Positions 19,213-28,450 of a stretch of 64,000 nucleotides of DNA are shown here, one piece after another. The notes below the pieces were generated by a model. The model was given only the letters and a program-made list of their open reading frames with translations, had not been told where the DNA came from and did not search any database. This stretch comes from Shigella phage ESh32: the sequence record ON528742; one strand, given 5' to 3'. The translations under genes and the position numbers were made by a program. Every line of letters starts with the position of its first letter. Position 1 is the first letter of the stretch.

Positions 19213-19959
19213 ATGAAACTGTCTAATAATCAAATTCGTAAAATTAAACGTCGTTTAGAGCATACTCAGGCATCTGCAAAAAGACGTTCTAAAGATTTTA
19301 ACTTAGACTTCAATTACATTAAGAACATTTTAGATCAGAAAGTTTGTGCTTACTCGGGAGAACCTTTTGATAATCGTATTGAAGGAGAGAAATTATCATT
19401 AGAACGTTTTGATAATAACGTTGGATACATTAAAGGGAATGTTATTGCAGTAAAGAAAAAGTATAATACATTTCGTTCTGATTATACTTTAGAGGAGTTA
19501 ATTGAAAAACGTGATTTGTTTGCTTTGCGAATTGGTCGTTCATCTGCGAAAAAAGTTCATAAACTAAATTTAGATGAAAAGAAATGGGCTAAAATCAAAA
19601 AGACTTATAATCAAATTAAAGCTATACAGAAAAAACGTGAAAACCGAATTGAACACATTTCTCAGCTTTCTAAATCAAAACAGACCTCTGACGTTAAGCT
19701 AACGATTATAGCGCTTAAAGCTCGTATTGATGGTTCTCGCATAGCAGAAGGCGCTGAAGTTGTTAAACTGAACGTTCTTCTTAAAGGCTCGGATTGGAAA
19801 ATTGTGAAAAAGTTATCAGAAGCAGAAATGCAATATGATATGTGTGATAAAATTATTCAAGGTGTAGAGCGGTATCAAAACTTGTCTTTTATTGATAAAC
19901 TTAAACTGAAAAGAGGATACCCGCTAAATTGTTCAATTTTTAAACTTATCCGAGGATAA
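19213..19959 (+). CDS. hypothetical basic protein (248 aa; Srd-like by position)
   Basis: ORF; synteny upstream of dda. Confidence 0.5.
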   Translation: MKLSNNQIRKIKRRLEHTQASAKRRSKDFNLDFNYIKNILDQKVCAYSGEPFDNRIEGEKLSLERFDNNVGYIKGNVIAVKKKYNTFRSDYTLEELIEKRDLFALRIGRSSAKKVHKLNLDEKKWAKIKKTYNQIKAIQKKRENRIEHISQLSKSKQTSDVKLTIIALKARIDGSRIAEGAEVVKLNVLLKGSDWKIVKKLSEAEMQYDMCDKIIQGVERYQNLSFIDKLKLKRGYPLNCSIFKLIRG

Positions 19960-19960
19960 T

Positions 19961-20272
19961 ATGGTTTATGTATATGCGATAGTTTACCGAGACAAAGACG
20001 GATTTACTGCGCCAGTTCCGCTTGATGAACATCGTCCTGCTGTATTTTTTGAATGGAAGATTGCTGATAAAGTATTTACCACTCTTAAAGAGCAGTATCA
20101 ACTAGCTTTAGGTAAGGGAATTCCAAGATTAGTTGAGACTCCACGTAAATTTTGGTTTAATAAAATAGAAGTTAAACATGTTAAGCCTGACGTAGACACA
20201 CAAAGATTATATCAGCGAATTTTAGATACTGGGCGTATTGTTAGTATACCAATTGCAGGGAATTTACGATGA
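19961..20272 (+). CDS. hypothetical protein (103 aa; dda.1 position)
   Basis: ORF. Confidence 0.55.
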   Translation: MVYVYAIVYRDKDGFTAPVPLDEHRPAVFFEWKIADKVFTTLKEQYQLALGKGIPRLVETPRKFWFNKIEVKHVKPDVDTQRLYQRILDTGRIVSIPIAGNLR

Positions 20273-21588
20273 CATTTGATGATTTGACCGAAGGCCAGAA
20301 AAATGCCTTTAACATTGTTATGAGGGCTATTAAAGAAAAGAAACATCATGTAACTATTAATGGACCTGCTGGTACCGGTAAGACTACTCTTACTAAGTTC
20401 ATCATTGAAGCTTTAATATCTACGGGTGAAACTGGTATTATTTTAGCAGCTCCTACACATGCGGCTAAAAAGATTCTTTCAAAACTATCAGGGAAAGAAG
20501 CGAGTACTATTCATAGTATTCTTAAAATTAACCCGGTAACATATGAAGAAAATGTTCTTTTTGAACAAAAAGAAGTACCAGATTTAGCTAAATGCAGGGT
20601 ATTAATCTGCGACGAAGTGTCAATGTATGATAGAAAGCTATTTAAAATTCTGCTTTCAACTATTCCACCTTGGTGTACTATAATTGGAATAGGGGATAAT
20701 AAGCAAATCAGACCTGTTGACCCAGGAGAAAACACTGCTTATATCAGTCCATTCTTTACACATAAAGATTTTTATCAGTGTGAACTCACTGAAGTTAAAC
20801 GCAGTAATGCTCCTATTATTGATGTAGCTACTGACGTTCGTAACGGTAAGTGGATTTATGATAAAGTTGTTGACGGGCATGGAGTACGTGGATTTACTGG
20901 TGATACAGCTTTACGCGATTTTATGGTAAATTATTTTTCAATCGTCAAATCTCTAGATGATTTGTTTGAAAATCGCGTAATGGCATTTACGAATAAATCT
21001 GTTGACAAGTTAAATAGCATTATTCGTAAAAAGATTTTTGAAACTGATAAAGATTTTATTGTCGGTGAAATTATTGTAATGCAGGAACCATTAATTAAAA
21101 CATATAAAATTGATGGAAAGCCTGTGTCAGAAATTATTTTTAATAACGGACAATTAGTTCGTATTATAGAAGCAGAGTATACATCAACCTTTGTTAAAGC
21201 TCGTGGTGTTTCTGGGGAATATCTAATTCGTCATTGGGATTTAACAGTAGAAACTTACGGTGATGATGAATATTATCGTGAAAAGATTAAAATAATTTCA
21301 TCCGATGAAGAGCTATATAAGTTTAACCTATTTTTAGGTAAAACGGCAGAAACTTATAAAAATTGGAATAAAGGCGGAAAAGCTCCGTGGAGTGATTTTT
21401 GGGATGCTAAATCACAGTTTAGTAAAGTGAAAGCGCTTCCTGCATCAACATTCCATAAAGCTCAGGGTATGTCTGTAGACCGTGCTTTCATTTATACGCC
21501 TTGTATTCATTATGCAGATGCTGAACTAGCTCAGCAGCTTCTTTATGTTGGTGTAACACGTGGTCGTTATGATGTGTTTTATGTGTGA
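20269..21588 (+). CDS. dda: Dda DNA helicase (SF1B)
   Basis: 439 aa; Walker A GPAGTGKT. Confidence 0.93.
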   Translation: MTFDDLTEGQKNAFNIVMRAIKEKKHHVTINGPAGTGKTTLTKFIIEALISTGETGIILAAPTHAAKKILSKLSGKEASTIHSILKINPVTYEENVLFEQKEVPDLAKCRVLICDEVSMYDRKLFKILLSTIPPWCTIIGIGDNKQIRPVDPGENTAYISPFFTHKDFYQCELTEVKRSNAPIIDVATDVRNGKWIYDKVVDGHGVRGFTGDTALRDFMVNYFSIVKSLDDLFENRVMAFTNKSVDKLNSIIRKKIFETDKDFIVGEIIVMQEPLIKTYKIDGKPVSEIIFNNGQLVRIIEAEYTSTFVKARGVSGEYLIRHWDLTVETYGDDEYYREKIKIISSDEELYKFNLFLGKTAETYKNWNKGGKAPWSDFWDAKSQFSKVKALPASTFHKAQGMSVDRAFIYTPCIHYADAELAQQLLYVGVTRGRYDVFYV

Positions 21589-21594
21589 GGCTAT

Positions 21595-21855
21595 ATGATT
21601 AACATCAATTCAAAATATTTAAATCGTCTAATAGATGGTATAAGGAAGCATACTAATAAGCAAGATAATCTCGATGTTATGGTAACAGGAGCTGAGCTCC
21701 TTCATAAGCTTTATCTTATAAGTGATACTATATTAGCAATTAAACGAATTGAAAAACAATCATATCACAGTAATACAGATACGGTAATTACACTAGATGA
21801 AAGTGTCTGTAAATTACTAATTAAATTTGAGGAAGCTATTCGTGGAAATAACTAA
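21595..21855 (+). CDS. hypothetical small protein (86 aa), first of three tandem paralogs
   Basis: ORF. Confidence 0.5.
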   Translation: MININSKYLNRLIDGIRKHTNKQDNLDVMVTGAELLHKLYLISDTILAIKRIEKQSYHSNTDTVITLDESVCKLLIKFEEAIRGNN

Positions 21856-22087
21856 AGATCAGTTTTATCTGCTTCAAGATAAAGTGAGCGAAATTTATGA
21901 AATAGCTTATAGTAAAAATCGTAGAAATGTAAAAATTGAATCTGGCAAGTTAATGCTTCAATTAGAAGAAATTGAACGAGATTTAATTGCGTTAGAATTC
22001 TTTTGTGGTGAAGTGAAAACTGTCACAATCAGTGATTATGTTTTAGGTGAAATTAGCCATCTTTATAAGGCGGTTATTAATGATTGA
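21842..22087 (+). CDS. hypothetical small protein (81 aa), tandem paralog
   Basis: GTG start after GAGGAAG. Confidence 0.45.
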   Translation: MEITKDQFYLLQDKVSEIYEIAYSKNRRNVKIESGKLMLQLEEIERDLIALEFFCGEVKTVTISDYVLGEISHLYKAVIND

Positions 22088-22322
22088 ATTAAGTTTGCAT
22101 CAGTTTAAATCTCTTATGACAAATGTTAAAGCTGTCATTGAGGAAAATTCTAGTCCTGAAAATATTACTATTCGCGAAAAAGCTTTAAAGATAGTATACA
22201 GTCTTGAAGAGATACAAAAAGATATTGAATCTATGGCAAAATTTATTGATGAGCCTATTAATAAAGTTTATATCCAAGATTATACTGTAGGTCAAATTCG
22301 CGATTTAGCAAGGAAAATTTAA
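22080..22322 (+). CDS. hypothetical small protein (80 aa), tandem paralog
   Basis: ATG; C-terminal motif similar to preceding ORF. Confidence 0.45.
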   Translation: MIELSLHQFKSLMTNVKAVIEENSSPENITIREKALKIVYSLEEIQKDIESMAKFIDEPINKVYIQDYTVGQIRDLARKI

Positions 22323-23005
22323 TGTTTGATTTTATTATAGATTTTGAAACAATGGGAAGCGGTGAAAAAGCAGCTGTTATTGATTTGGCTGTAATTGCTT
22401 TTGACCCTAATCCAGAAGTCGTTGAAACATTTGATGAATTAGTTTCACGTGGCATTAAAATCAAATTTGATTTAAAAAGCCAAAAAGGACATCGTCTTTT
22501 TACTAAAAGCACTATCGAATGGTGGAAGAATCAATCTCCTGAAGCTCGAAAAAATATTGCACCATCCGATGAAGATGTAAGCACTATCGATGGTATTGCA
22601 AAATTTAATGATTACATCAATGCACATAATATCGATCCTTGGAAATCTCAAGGCTGGTGCCGTGGAATGTCGTTTGATTTTCCAATTTTAGTCGATCTCA
22701 TTCGTGATATTCAACGTCTTAATGGTGTTTCTGAGAATGAGCTTGACACATTTAAGTTAGAACCATGTAAATTCTGGAATCAGCGTGATATTCGTACCAG
22801 AATTGAAGCACTTCTGCTTGTTCGTGATATGACAACATGTCCTCTTCCAAAGGGAACCTTAGATGGATTCGTTGCGCATGATTCTATTCATGACTGTGCG
22901 AAAGACATCCTGATGATGAAGTATGCTTTGCGATATGCTATGGGTCTTGAAGATGCTCCGTCAGAGGAAGAATGCGATCCTCTATCTCTTCCAACAAAAC
23001 GATAA
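22322..23005 (+). CDS. dexA: exonuclease A DexA (DEDD)
   Basis: 227 aa; N-terminal DFET motif. Confidence 0.9.
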   Translation: MFDFIIDFETMGSGEKAAVIDLAVIAFDPNPEVVETFDELVSRGIKIKFDLKSQKGHRLFTKSTIEWWKNQSPEARKNIAPSDEDVSTIDGIAKFNDYINAHNIDPWKSQGWCRGMSFDFPILVDLIRDIQRLNGVSENELDTFKLEPCKFWNQRDIRTRIEALLLVRDMTTCPLPKGTLDGFVAHDSIHDCAKDILMMKYALRYAMGLEDAPSEEECDPLSLPTKR

Positions 23006-23011
23006 AAAGTT

Positions 23012-23041
23012 GTTTACTTCCTCGGTTAGTTGTGGTATTAT
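23012..23041 (+). promoter_or_regulatory. early promoter (GTTTAC, 18 bp, TATTAT)
   Basis: consensus hexamers. Confidence 0.6.
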
Positions 23042-23068
23042 AACACCATAGCTACTGAGGATAATAAA

Positions 23069-23581
23069 ATGAAAATTTATCGTGTTGAATCATCGTTTAG
23101 CGCATTAAATGATGATAGTGGTATAATGAAAATTAGGCAAGAGTTATGCGTCCAATCGACTCCTTATCGTGGATTTGATTCTATGAAAACTCGAACTTGG
23201 TTAAAATTTTGTGGTATTAATTCATCATCATTTCATCATCATAGCGATAATTATGAAAGCCATGAAAGTATTCCTATTCCACACGATGATAAGTTATTAG
23301 TTGAAAATGCTAATGATGTTATTAAAACTAAATGGAATAAAGATTATTCACGAATTGAAAATTATATTCCATTGTGGTTTATTGCATTATATCATTTTGC
23401 TTTCGCTAGTGAATATGATATGATGAGATGGTTCACTCGAGAAGAGCGTGAAGACTTAAAAGAACGTGGAATGTACATTGCGATTTATGAAGTGCCAGAT
23501 GACCAAGTTATCATTGGCGGACATCAAGTAATGTTCCGCAAATCGCATGCCGAATTAAAAGGCTTTATTACCTTAGATTAA
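23069..23581 (+). CDS. hypothetical protein (170 aa; motB-like position)
   Basis: ORF after early promoter. Confidence 0.5.
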   Translation: MKIYRVESSFSALNDDSGIMKIRQELCVQSTPYRGFDSMKTRTWLKFCGINSSSFHHHSDNYESHESIPIPHDDKLLVENANDVIKTKWNKDYSRIENYIPLWFIALYHFAFASEYDMMRWFTREEREDLKERGMYIAIYEVPDDQVIIGGHQVMFRKSHAELKGFITLD

Positions 23582-23591
23582 AGAGAAAATT

Positions 23592-24095
23592 ATGATTAAA
23601 AATAATGCTGTTTATCAATTGAAAAAATTTGATGAAATTAAGAATTTTCCGGTACTGTCTAATACAGCTCATAATAAGTTTTGTGAACTTCTTGCTTTAA
23701 CTGGCGGATATCCTTTTACTGTTATTAGTGTTAATAGCGGAATTCTTATCGGCATGATGTATATTGAAATTAGAAACTATTATGGAATGGTGTCATCGCT
23801 TATTATTTATGAAAAAGATTTTAGTCTATTGACAGAAATTGAAAAAGAAGAACAGGAAAAATCCCATATTGATATGGATTTAGTTTCTATGTATGTGGCA
23901 CCAGTTGAAAAAATTGAAGACCCGACTGATTTGTTGTGTAAGGCAGTTTACATTCGTCGTCCATTCGCGAATCCGGTCGGCGGTTGGGTAACTGACCAGT
24001 GGATTGAAGATGGCGTTGAACTTCTTAATGTAGTTCATGCTGGAGAGTATTCTGTCGTTCCTCGCAGCGCAGTGATTAATGTTCGTGTAAGCTAG
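23592..24095 (+). CDS. hypothetical protein (167 aa)
   Basis: C-terminal TDQWIEDGVEL motif shared with next ORF. Confidence 0.55.
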   Translation: MIKNNAVYQLKKFDEIKNFPVLSNTAHNKFCELLALTGGYPFTVISVNSGILIGMMYIEIRNYYGMVSSLIIYEKDFSLLTEIEKEEQEKSHIDMDLVSMYVAPVEKIEDPTDLLCKAVYIRRPFANPVGGWVTDQWIEDGVELLNVVHAGEYSVVPRSAVINVRVS

Positions 24096-24124
24096 TTTAC
24101 AAACTCTTGGGATCAGAGTATAAT
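24095..24124 (+). promoter_or_regulatory. early promoter (GTTTAC, 18 bp, TATAAT)
   Basis: consensus hexamers. Confidence 0.65.
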
Positions 24125-24168
24125 GGTCCTGTGGAGTATAAAACCTTTTTAACAAGTGAGAGATAATT

Positions 24169-24660
24169 ATGAATATTAATATCGGCGAAATTGCTCGTGT
24201 ATCTGATAAATCCCGTTCTAAAGCAGCAGGAAAATTGGTCGAAGTTGTAAGCATTCAGCTTAAACACGGTGTTAAAGATGAAGATTCTGAAGTAAAAGTA
24301 CGTATCATTGCTAAAGATGGAATGTCTAAGCCCCAGTTTGGTTATGTTCGATGGAAATTTCTTGAGCCTGCGTTTTTGAAAGCTGTTCCTGCTAAAGGAA
24401 TTGAAACGATTGATACTTCGCATGTAGGTGTAGACTTTAAGTGGAAACTTGGTCAAGCTATCAAGTTCATTGCTCCTTATGAGTTTGAATTTACCGAAGG
24501 TGGACAACCACTTCCTCGGCGTACTCGCGCTATGTGTGCATACATTACTGATCAATGGGTAGAAGATGGCGTTAAGTTATACAACGCGGTATTTTTAGGA
24601 ACATACAAAGTCATTCCTGAAAGTTGGATTAAACACTATAGCAAAGCTCGCTATGCATAA
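24169..24660 (+). CDS. hypothetical protein (163 aa), paralog of preceding ORF
   Basis: shared C-terminal domain. Confidence 0.55.
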   Translation: MNINIGEIARVSDKSRSKAAGKLVEVVSIQLKHGVKDEDSEVKVRIIAKDGMSKPQFGYVRWKFLEPAFLKAVPAKGIETIDTSHVGVDFKWKLGQAIKFIAPYEFEFTEGGQPLPRRTRAMCAYITDQWVEDGVKLYNAVFLGTYKVIPESWIKHYSKARYA

Positions 24661-24690
24661 AGTTTAAAATTTTTTCATAAAACTATATAC

Positions 24691-24733
24691 ATCAGTAGTT
24701 GATTATGGTACTATATCAATATCAACTACTGAT
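24691..24733 (+). repeat. 13-bp inverted repeat flanking a promoter -10 like element
   Basis: ATCAGTAGTTGAT ... ATCAACTACTGAT around TATGGTACTATATCAAT. Confidence 0.7.
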
Positions 24734-24832
24734 ATAGAAAATAATTTGGAGAATAAAATGGAAAATTTGCCAAAGGTGCTGCTACTCTTCTGAAATGCAT
24801 CGCTCCAATGTTCAATTAACGAGGAAATTGTA

Positions 24833-25048
24833 ATGAAACGTAAAATTGTTCAGAACTGCACTAATGACGAATTTGAAGATGTGTTATTCGATCCAGATTT
24901 GGTAGTAGTTCAAAAGGAACACACTGCTAAGTTTACTCACTTGACTTCGGTTTATGTGTATGAAAAGGTTGGGGATAAACAACCAATTTACGGTGTATTT
25001 CGTGAAATCACTGAAGATGGTACAACTTACTGGAAGGAAATTTATTAA
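24833..25048 (+). CDS. hypothetical protein (71 aa; cef-like by position and size)
   Basis: SD GAGGAAA. Confidence 0.5.
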   Translation: MKRKIVQNCTNDEFEDVLFDPDLVVVQKEHTAKFTHLTSVYVYEKVGDKQPIYGVFREITEDGTTYWKEIY

Positions 25049-25473
25049 TGGCTATTAAATTTGAAGTTAATAAATGGTATCAATTTAAAAATAAACAAGC
25101 TCAAGAAGATTTTATCAAGGACCATACTGAAAACGGAATTTATGCACGACGTCTTGGTATGGAACCTTTTAGAGTTACAGATATTGACTATCTTGGTCGT
25201 CCTACTAAACTTGTGACATCTAGTGGAAAATTGGCGTTATCTTCTGGTAAAGATATTTTGGATGAAGATTTTATCTGGCTTTCAACGAGTGAAGCCGTGT
25301 TCTTTGATGAAGTGGAAAATCCATACCAGGCAGCTGAAGAGCAAGAGCAGGAAGAGAAAGAGCAAGAACAAATAGAAGATTTCACAGAATTCCCGGTCAT
25401 GAAAGTTACTATTGAAAATAATGAACAGGCATGGTCTTTGTATCAGATGTTGAAAGCACACTTTAAGGAATAA
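25048..25473 (+). CDS. hypothetical acidic protein (141 aa; goF-like by position and size)
   Basis: ORF. Confidence 0.5.
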   Translation: MAIKFEVNKWYQFKNKQAQEDFIKDHTENGIYARRLGMEPFRVTDIDYLGRPTKLVTSSGKLALSSGKDILDEDFIWLSTSEAVFFDEVENPYQAAEEQEQEEKEQEQIEDFTEFPVMKVTIENNEQAWSLYQMLKAHFKE

Positions 25474-25475
25474 TT

Positions 25476-25652
25476 ATGCCAATGTATGATTATAAATGCC
25501 AATCCGAAGATTGCGGGCATGAATATGAAAAAATTAAAAAGATTTCTGAACGAGAAAATGATGTTTGCCCTAAATGTCATCGTTTGTCTACTCGTCGGCC
25601 TTCTGCTCCTAAGCATGTGAATGGCGGTTTTTACGATTTACTTAAAGGGTGA
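25476..25652 (+). CDS. zinc-ribbon protein (58 aa)
   Basis: CxxC...CxxC motifs. Confidence 0.5.
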   Translation: MPMYDYKCQSEDCGHEYEKIKKISERENDVCPKCHRLSTRRPSAPKHVNGGFYDLLKG

Positions 25653-25654
25653 TT

Positions 25655-26029
25655 ATGTTTAAAATCGGTAAGAAATATCGTGTTCGCGAAGGTGAAGAAA
25701 AGAAATATCTACTTTCTACTAGTAATAGGAGTGGTTCTATTAATGCCGTAATATCTACAAGCGAATTTATCGTTGAAGATATGAAAGGTCATAATGTTAC
25801 AATGATTAGTACAGCAACTAGCAGAAATGCTGGAAAAATTCTTCACAGTTTTCAGAGTAATGTTCTAATTTATGATGAAGAATTTGACTTCTTCGAAGAA
25901 GTTCCTGAAGATTTTGATTTTGAATGCACTATTACTATGAAATCTGGTGACCCTCTTTCTTTTACAGTTAAAGATGAAAGAAGCCGTTTGAGAATTATTA
26001 GTCTCCTTCAAGCCATTAAATTTAAGTGA
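25655..26029 (+). CDS. hypothetical protein (124 aa)
   Basis: ORF. Confidence 0.55.
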   Translation: MFKIGKKYRVREGEEKKYLLSTSNRSGSINAVISTSEFIVEDMKGHNVTMISTATSRNAGKILHSFQSNVLIYDEEFDFFEEVPEDFDFECTITMKSGDPLSFTVKDERSRLRIISLLQAIKFK

Positions 26030-26034
26030 AAATT

Positions 26035-26295
26035 ATGAAATATGTTAATCGTTCTATCGCAGCATTAGTATTAGCAGTATCTTTAGTAGGATGTACTGAT
26101 GCTGATAATGCAACCAAAGTTTTATCTTCAAGTGGTTTTACTAATATTGAAATCACTGGATATAATTGGTTTGGTTGTTCTGAAAATGATTTCCAACATA
26201 CTGGATTTCGTGCTATTGGACCTACTGGGCAGAAAGTAGAAGGAACCGTGTGTTCTGGTCTATTCTTCAAGGATTCGACTATCCGTTTTAAATAA
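26035..26295 (+). CDS. predicted lipoprotein (86 aa)
   Basis: signal peptide with lipobox LVGC; followed by hairpin. Confidence 0.55.
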   Translation: MKYVNRSIAALVLAVSLVGCTDADNATKVLSSSGFTNIEITGYNWFGCSENDFQHTGFRAIGPTGQKVEGTVCSGLFFKDSTIRFK

Positions 26296-26364
26296 AAGGC
26301 CTTCGGGCCTTTAGCTTTATGATTGCCGGAGTATAATATTCCCGAAACCAAACGAGGATAAGTG

Positions 26365-28182
26365 ATGATTAAGAATGAAATTAAAATTCTGAGCGATATT
26401 GAACATATCAAAAAGCGTAGTGGCATGTATATTGGCTCTTCTGCTAATGAAATGCATGAGCGCTTTCTGTTTGGTAAATGGGAAAGTGTTCAGTATGTAC
26501 CTGGTCTTGTTAAGCTTATTGATGAAATTATCGATAACTCAGTAGATGAAGGTATTCGTACTAAGTTTAAATTCGCAAATAAAATTAATGTTACTATTAA
26601 AAACAATCAAGTAACAGTTGAAGATAACGGTCGCGGTATTCCACAGGCGATGGTTAAAACACCTACCGGTGAAGAAATTCCTGGTCCTGTTGCTGCATGG
26701 ACTATTCCAAAAGCAGGTGGTAACTTTGGTGATGATAAAGAACGTGTCACCGGTGGTATGAATGGTGTTGGTTCTAGTTTAACTAACATTTTTTCTGTGA
26801 TGTTTGTCGGTGAAACTGGCGATGGTCAAAATAATATTGTAGTTCGTTGTTCAAATGGCATGGAAAATAAATCCTGGGAAACTATTCCAGGAAAATGGAA
26901 AGGAACCCGTGTTACTTTCATTCCTGATTTTATGTCATTTGAAACTAATGAGCTGTCCCAAGTTTATCTTGACATTACACTAGATCGTCTCCAGACACTT
27001 GCTGTTGTTTATCCTGATATTCAATTTACTTTTAATGGTAAAAAGGTTCAGGGCAATTTTAAGAAATATGCACGACAGTATGATGAACATGCTATTGTTC
27101 AAGAACAAGAAAATTGTTCTATTGCGGTTGGTCGTTCACCGGATGGTTTTCGTCAATTAACTTACGTGAATAACATTCATACTAAGAATGGTGGCCATCA
27201 CATTGACTGTGTTATGGATGATATTTGCGAAGACCTTATTCCACAAATCAAACGTAAATTCAAAATTGATGTAACTAAAGCACGCGTTAAAGAATGTTTG
27301 ACTATCGTTATGTTTGTTCGTGATATGAAAAACATGCGATTTGATTCTCAAACTAAAGAGCGTTTGACTTCTCCATTTGGCGAAATTCGTAGTCATATTC
27401 AGCTTGATGCTAAAAAGATTTCACGCGCTATTCTAAATAATGAAGCAATTTTAATGCCGATTATTGAAGCTGCTTTAGCACGTAAATTGGCGGCAGAAAA
27501 AGCAGCAGAAACTAAAGCAGCTAAAAAGGCTTCTAAAGCTAAGGTTCATAAACATATCAAAGCGAATCTTTGTGGTAAAGATGCTGACACTACTCTTTTC
27601 TTGACTGAGGGTGATTCTGCTATCGGATATCTTATTGATGTTCGTGATAAAGAACTTCATGGTGGTTATCCATTGCGCGGTAAAGTTCTTAATAGTTGGG
27701 GTATGTCATATGCTGATATGCTTAAAAACAAAGAACTATTTGATATTTGCGCAATCACTGGATTAGTTCTTGGTGAAAAAGCTGAAAACTTGAATTATCA
27801 TAATATTGCTATTATGACCGATGCTGACCATGATGGTTTAGGAAGCATTTATCCTTCTCTGCTCGGATTTTTTAGTAATTGGCCAGAACTGTTTGAACAA
27901 GGAAGAATTCGCTTTGTCAAAACTCCTGTAATCATCGCTCAGGTCGGTAAAAAACAAGAATGGTTTTATACAGTCGCTGAATATGAGAGTGCCAAAGATG
28001 CTCTACCTAAACATAGCATCCGTTATATTAAGGGACTTGGCTCTTTGGAAAAATCTGAATATCGTGAGATGATTCAAAACCCAGTATATGATGTTGTTAA
28101 ACTTCCTGAGAACTGGAAAGAGCTTTTTGAAATGCTCATGGGAGATAATGCTGACCTTCGTAAAGAATGGATGAGCCAGTAG
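26365..28182 (+). CDS. 39: topoisomerase II large subunit gp39, undivided (605 aa)
   Basis: GHKL ATPase plus Toprim in one ORF; C-terminus equals T4 gp60 region. Confidence 0.93.
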   Translation: MIKNEIKILSDIEHIKKRSGMYIGSSANEMHERFLFGKWESVQYVPGLVKLIDEIIDNSVDEGIRTKFKFANKINVTIKNNQVTVEDNGRGIPQAMVKTPTGEEIPGPVAAWTIPKAGGNFGDDKERVTGGMNGVGSSLTNIFSVMFVGETGDGQNNIVVRCSNGMENKSWETIPGKWKGTRVTFIPDFMSFETNELSQVYLDITLDRLQTLAVVYPDIQFTFNGKKVQGNFKKYARQYDEHAIVQEQENCSIAVGRSPDGFRQLTYVNNIHTKNGGHHIDCVMDDICEDLIPQIKRKFKIDVTKARVKECLTIVMFVRDMKNMRFDSQTKERLTSPFGEIRSHIQLDAKKISRAILNNEAILMPIIEAALARKLAAEKAAETKAAKKASKAKVHKHIKANLCGKDADTTLFLTEGDSAIGYLIDVRDKELHGGYPLRGKVLNSWGMSYADMLKNKELFDICAITGLVLGEKAENLNYHNIAIMTDADHDGLGSIYPSLLGFFSNWPELFEQGRIRFVKTPVIIAQVGKKQEWFYTVAEYESAKDALPKHSIRYIKGLGSLEKSEYREMIQNPVYDVVKLPENWKELFEMLMGDNADLRKEWMSQ

Positions 28183-28211
28183 TTTACTTTACCACAAGGA
28201 TGTGGTATAAT
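28182..28211 (+). promoter_or_regulatory. early promoter (GTTTAC, 18 bp, TATAAT)
   Basis: consensus hexamers. Confidence 0.6.
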
Positions 28212-28236
28212 TAATTGGGCAAATGAGGATATTGGA

Positions 28237-28440
28237 ATGAAATCATATAGAGTAAATTTAGAACTTTTTGATAAAGCAGTTCATCGAGAATATAGAATCA
28301 TTCAACGCTTTTTCGATATGGGAGAAGCCGAAGAATTTAAAAACCGCTTTAAAGATATTAGAGATAAAATTCAATCCGACACCGCAACTAAAGATGAACT
28401 ACTAGAAGTTGCTGAAGTTATTAAGCGTAATATGAATTAA
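28237..28440 (+). CDS. hypothetical protein (67 aa; rIIA.1 position)
   Basis: ORF. Confidence 0.55.
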   Translation: MKSYRVNLELFDKAVHREYRIIQRFFDMGEAEEFKNRFKDIRDKIQSDTATKDELLEVAEVIKRNMN

Positions 28441-28450
28441 TGAGGAAATT

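Noticed and set aside
26022-26426. 134-aa minus-strand ORF overlapping the lipoprotein gene and the start of gene 39
   Set aside because: Overlaps two well-supported + strand genes and an early-strand hairpin; no promoter or ribosome-binding site.
26365-28182. Possible translational bypass element (as in T4 gene 60)
   Set aside because: The topoisomerase ORF is continuous through the region equivalent to gene 60; no gap or take-off/landing codon arrangement is needed.
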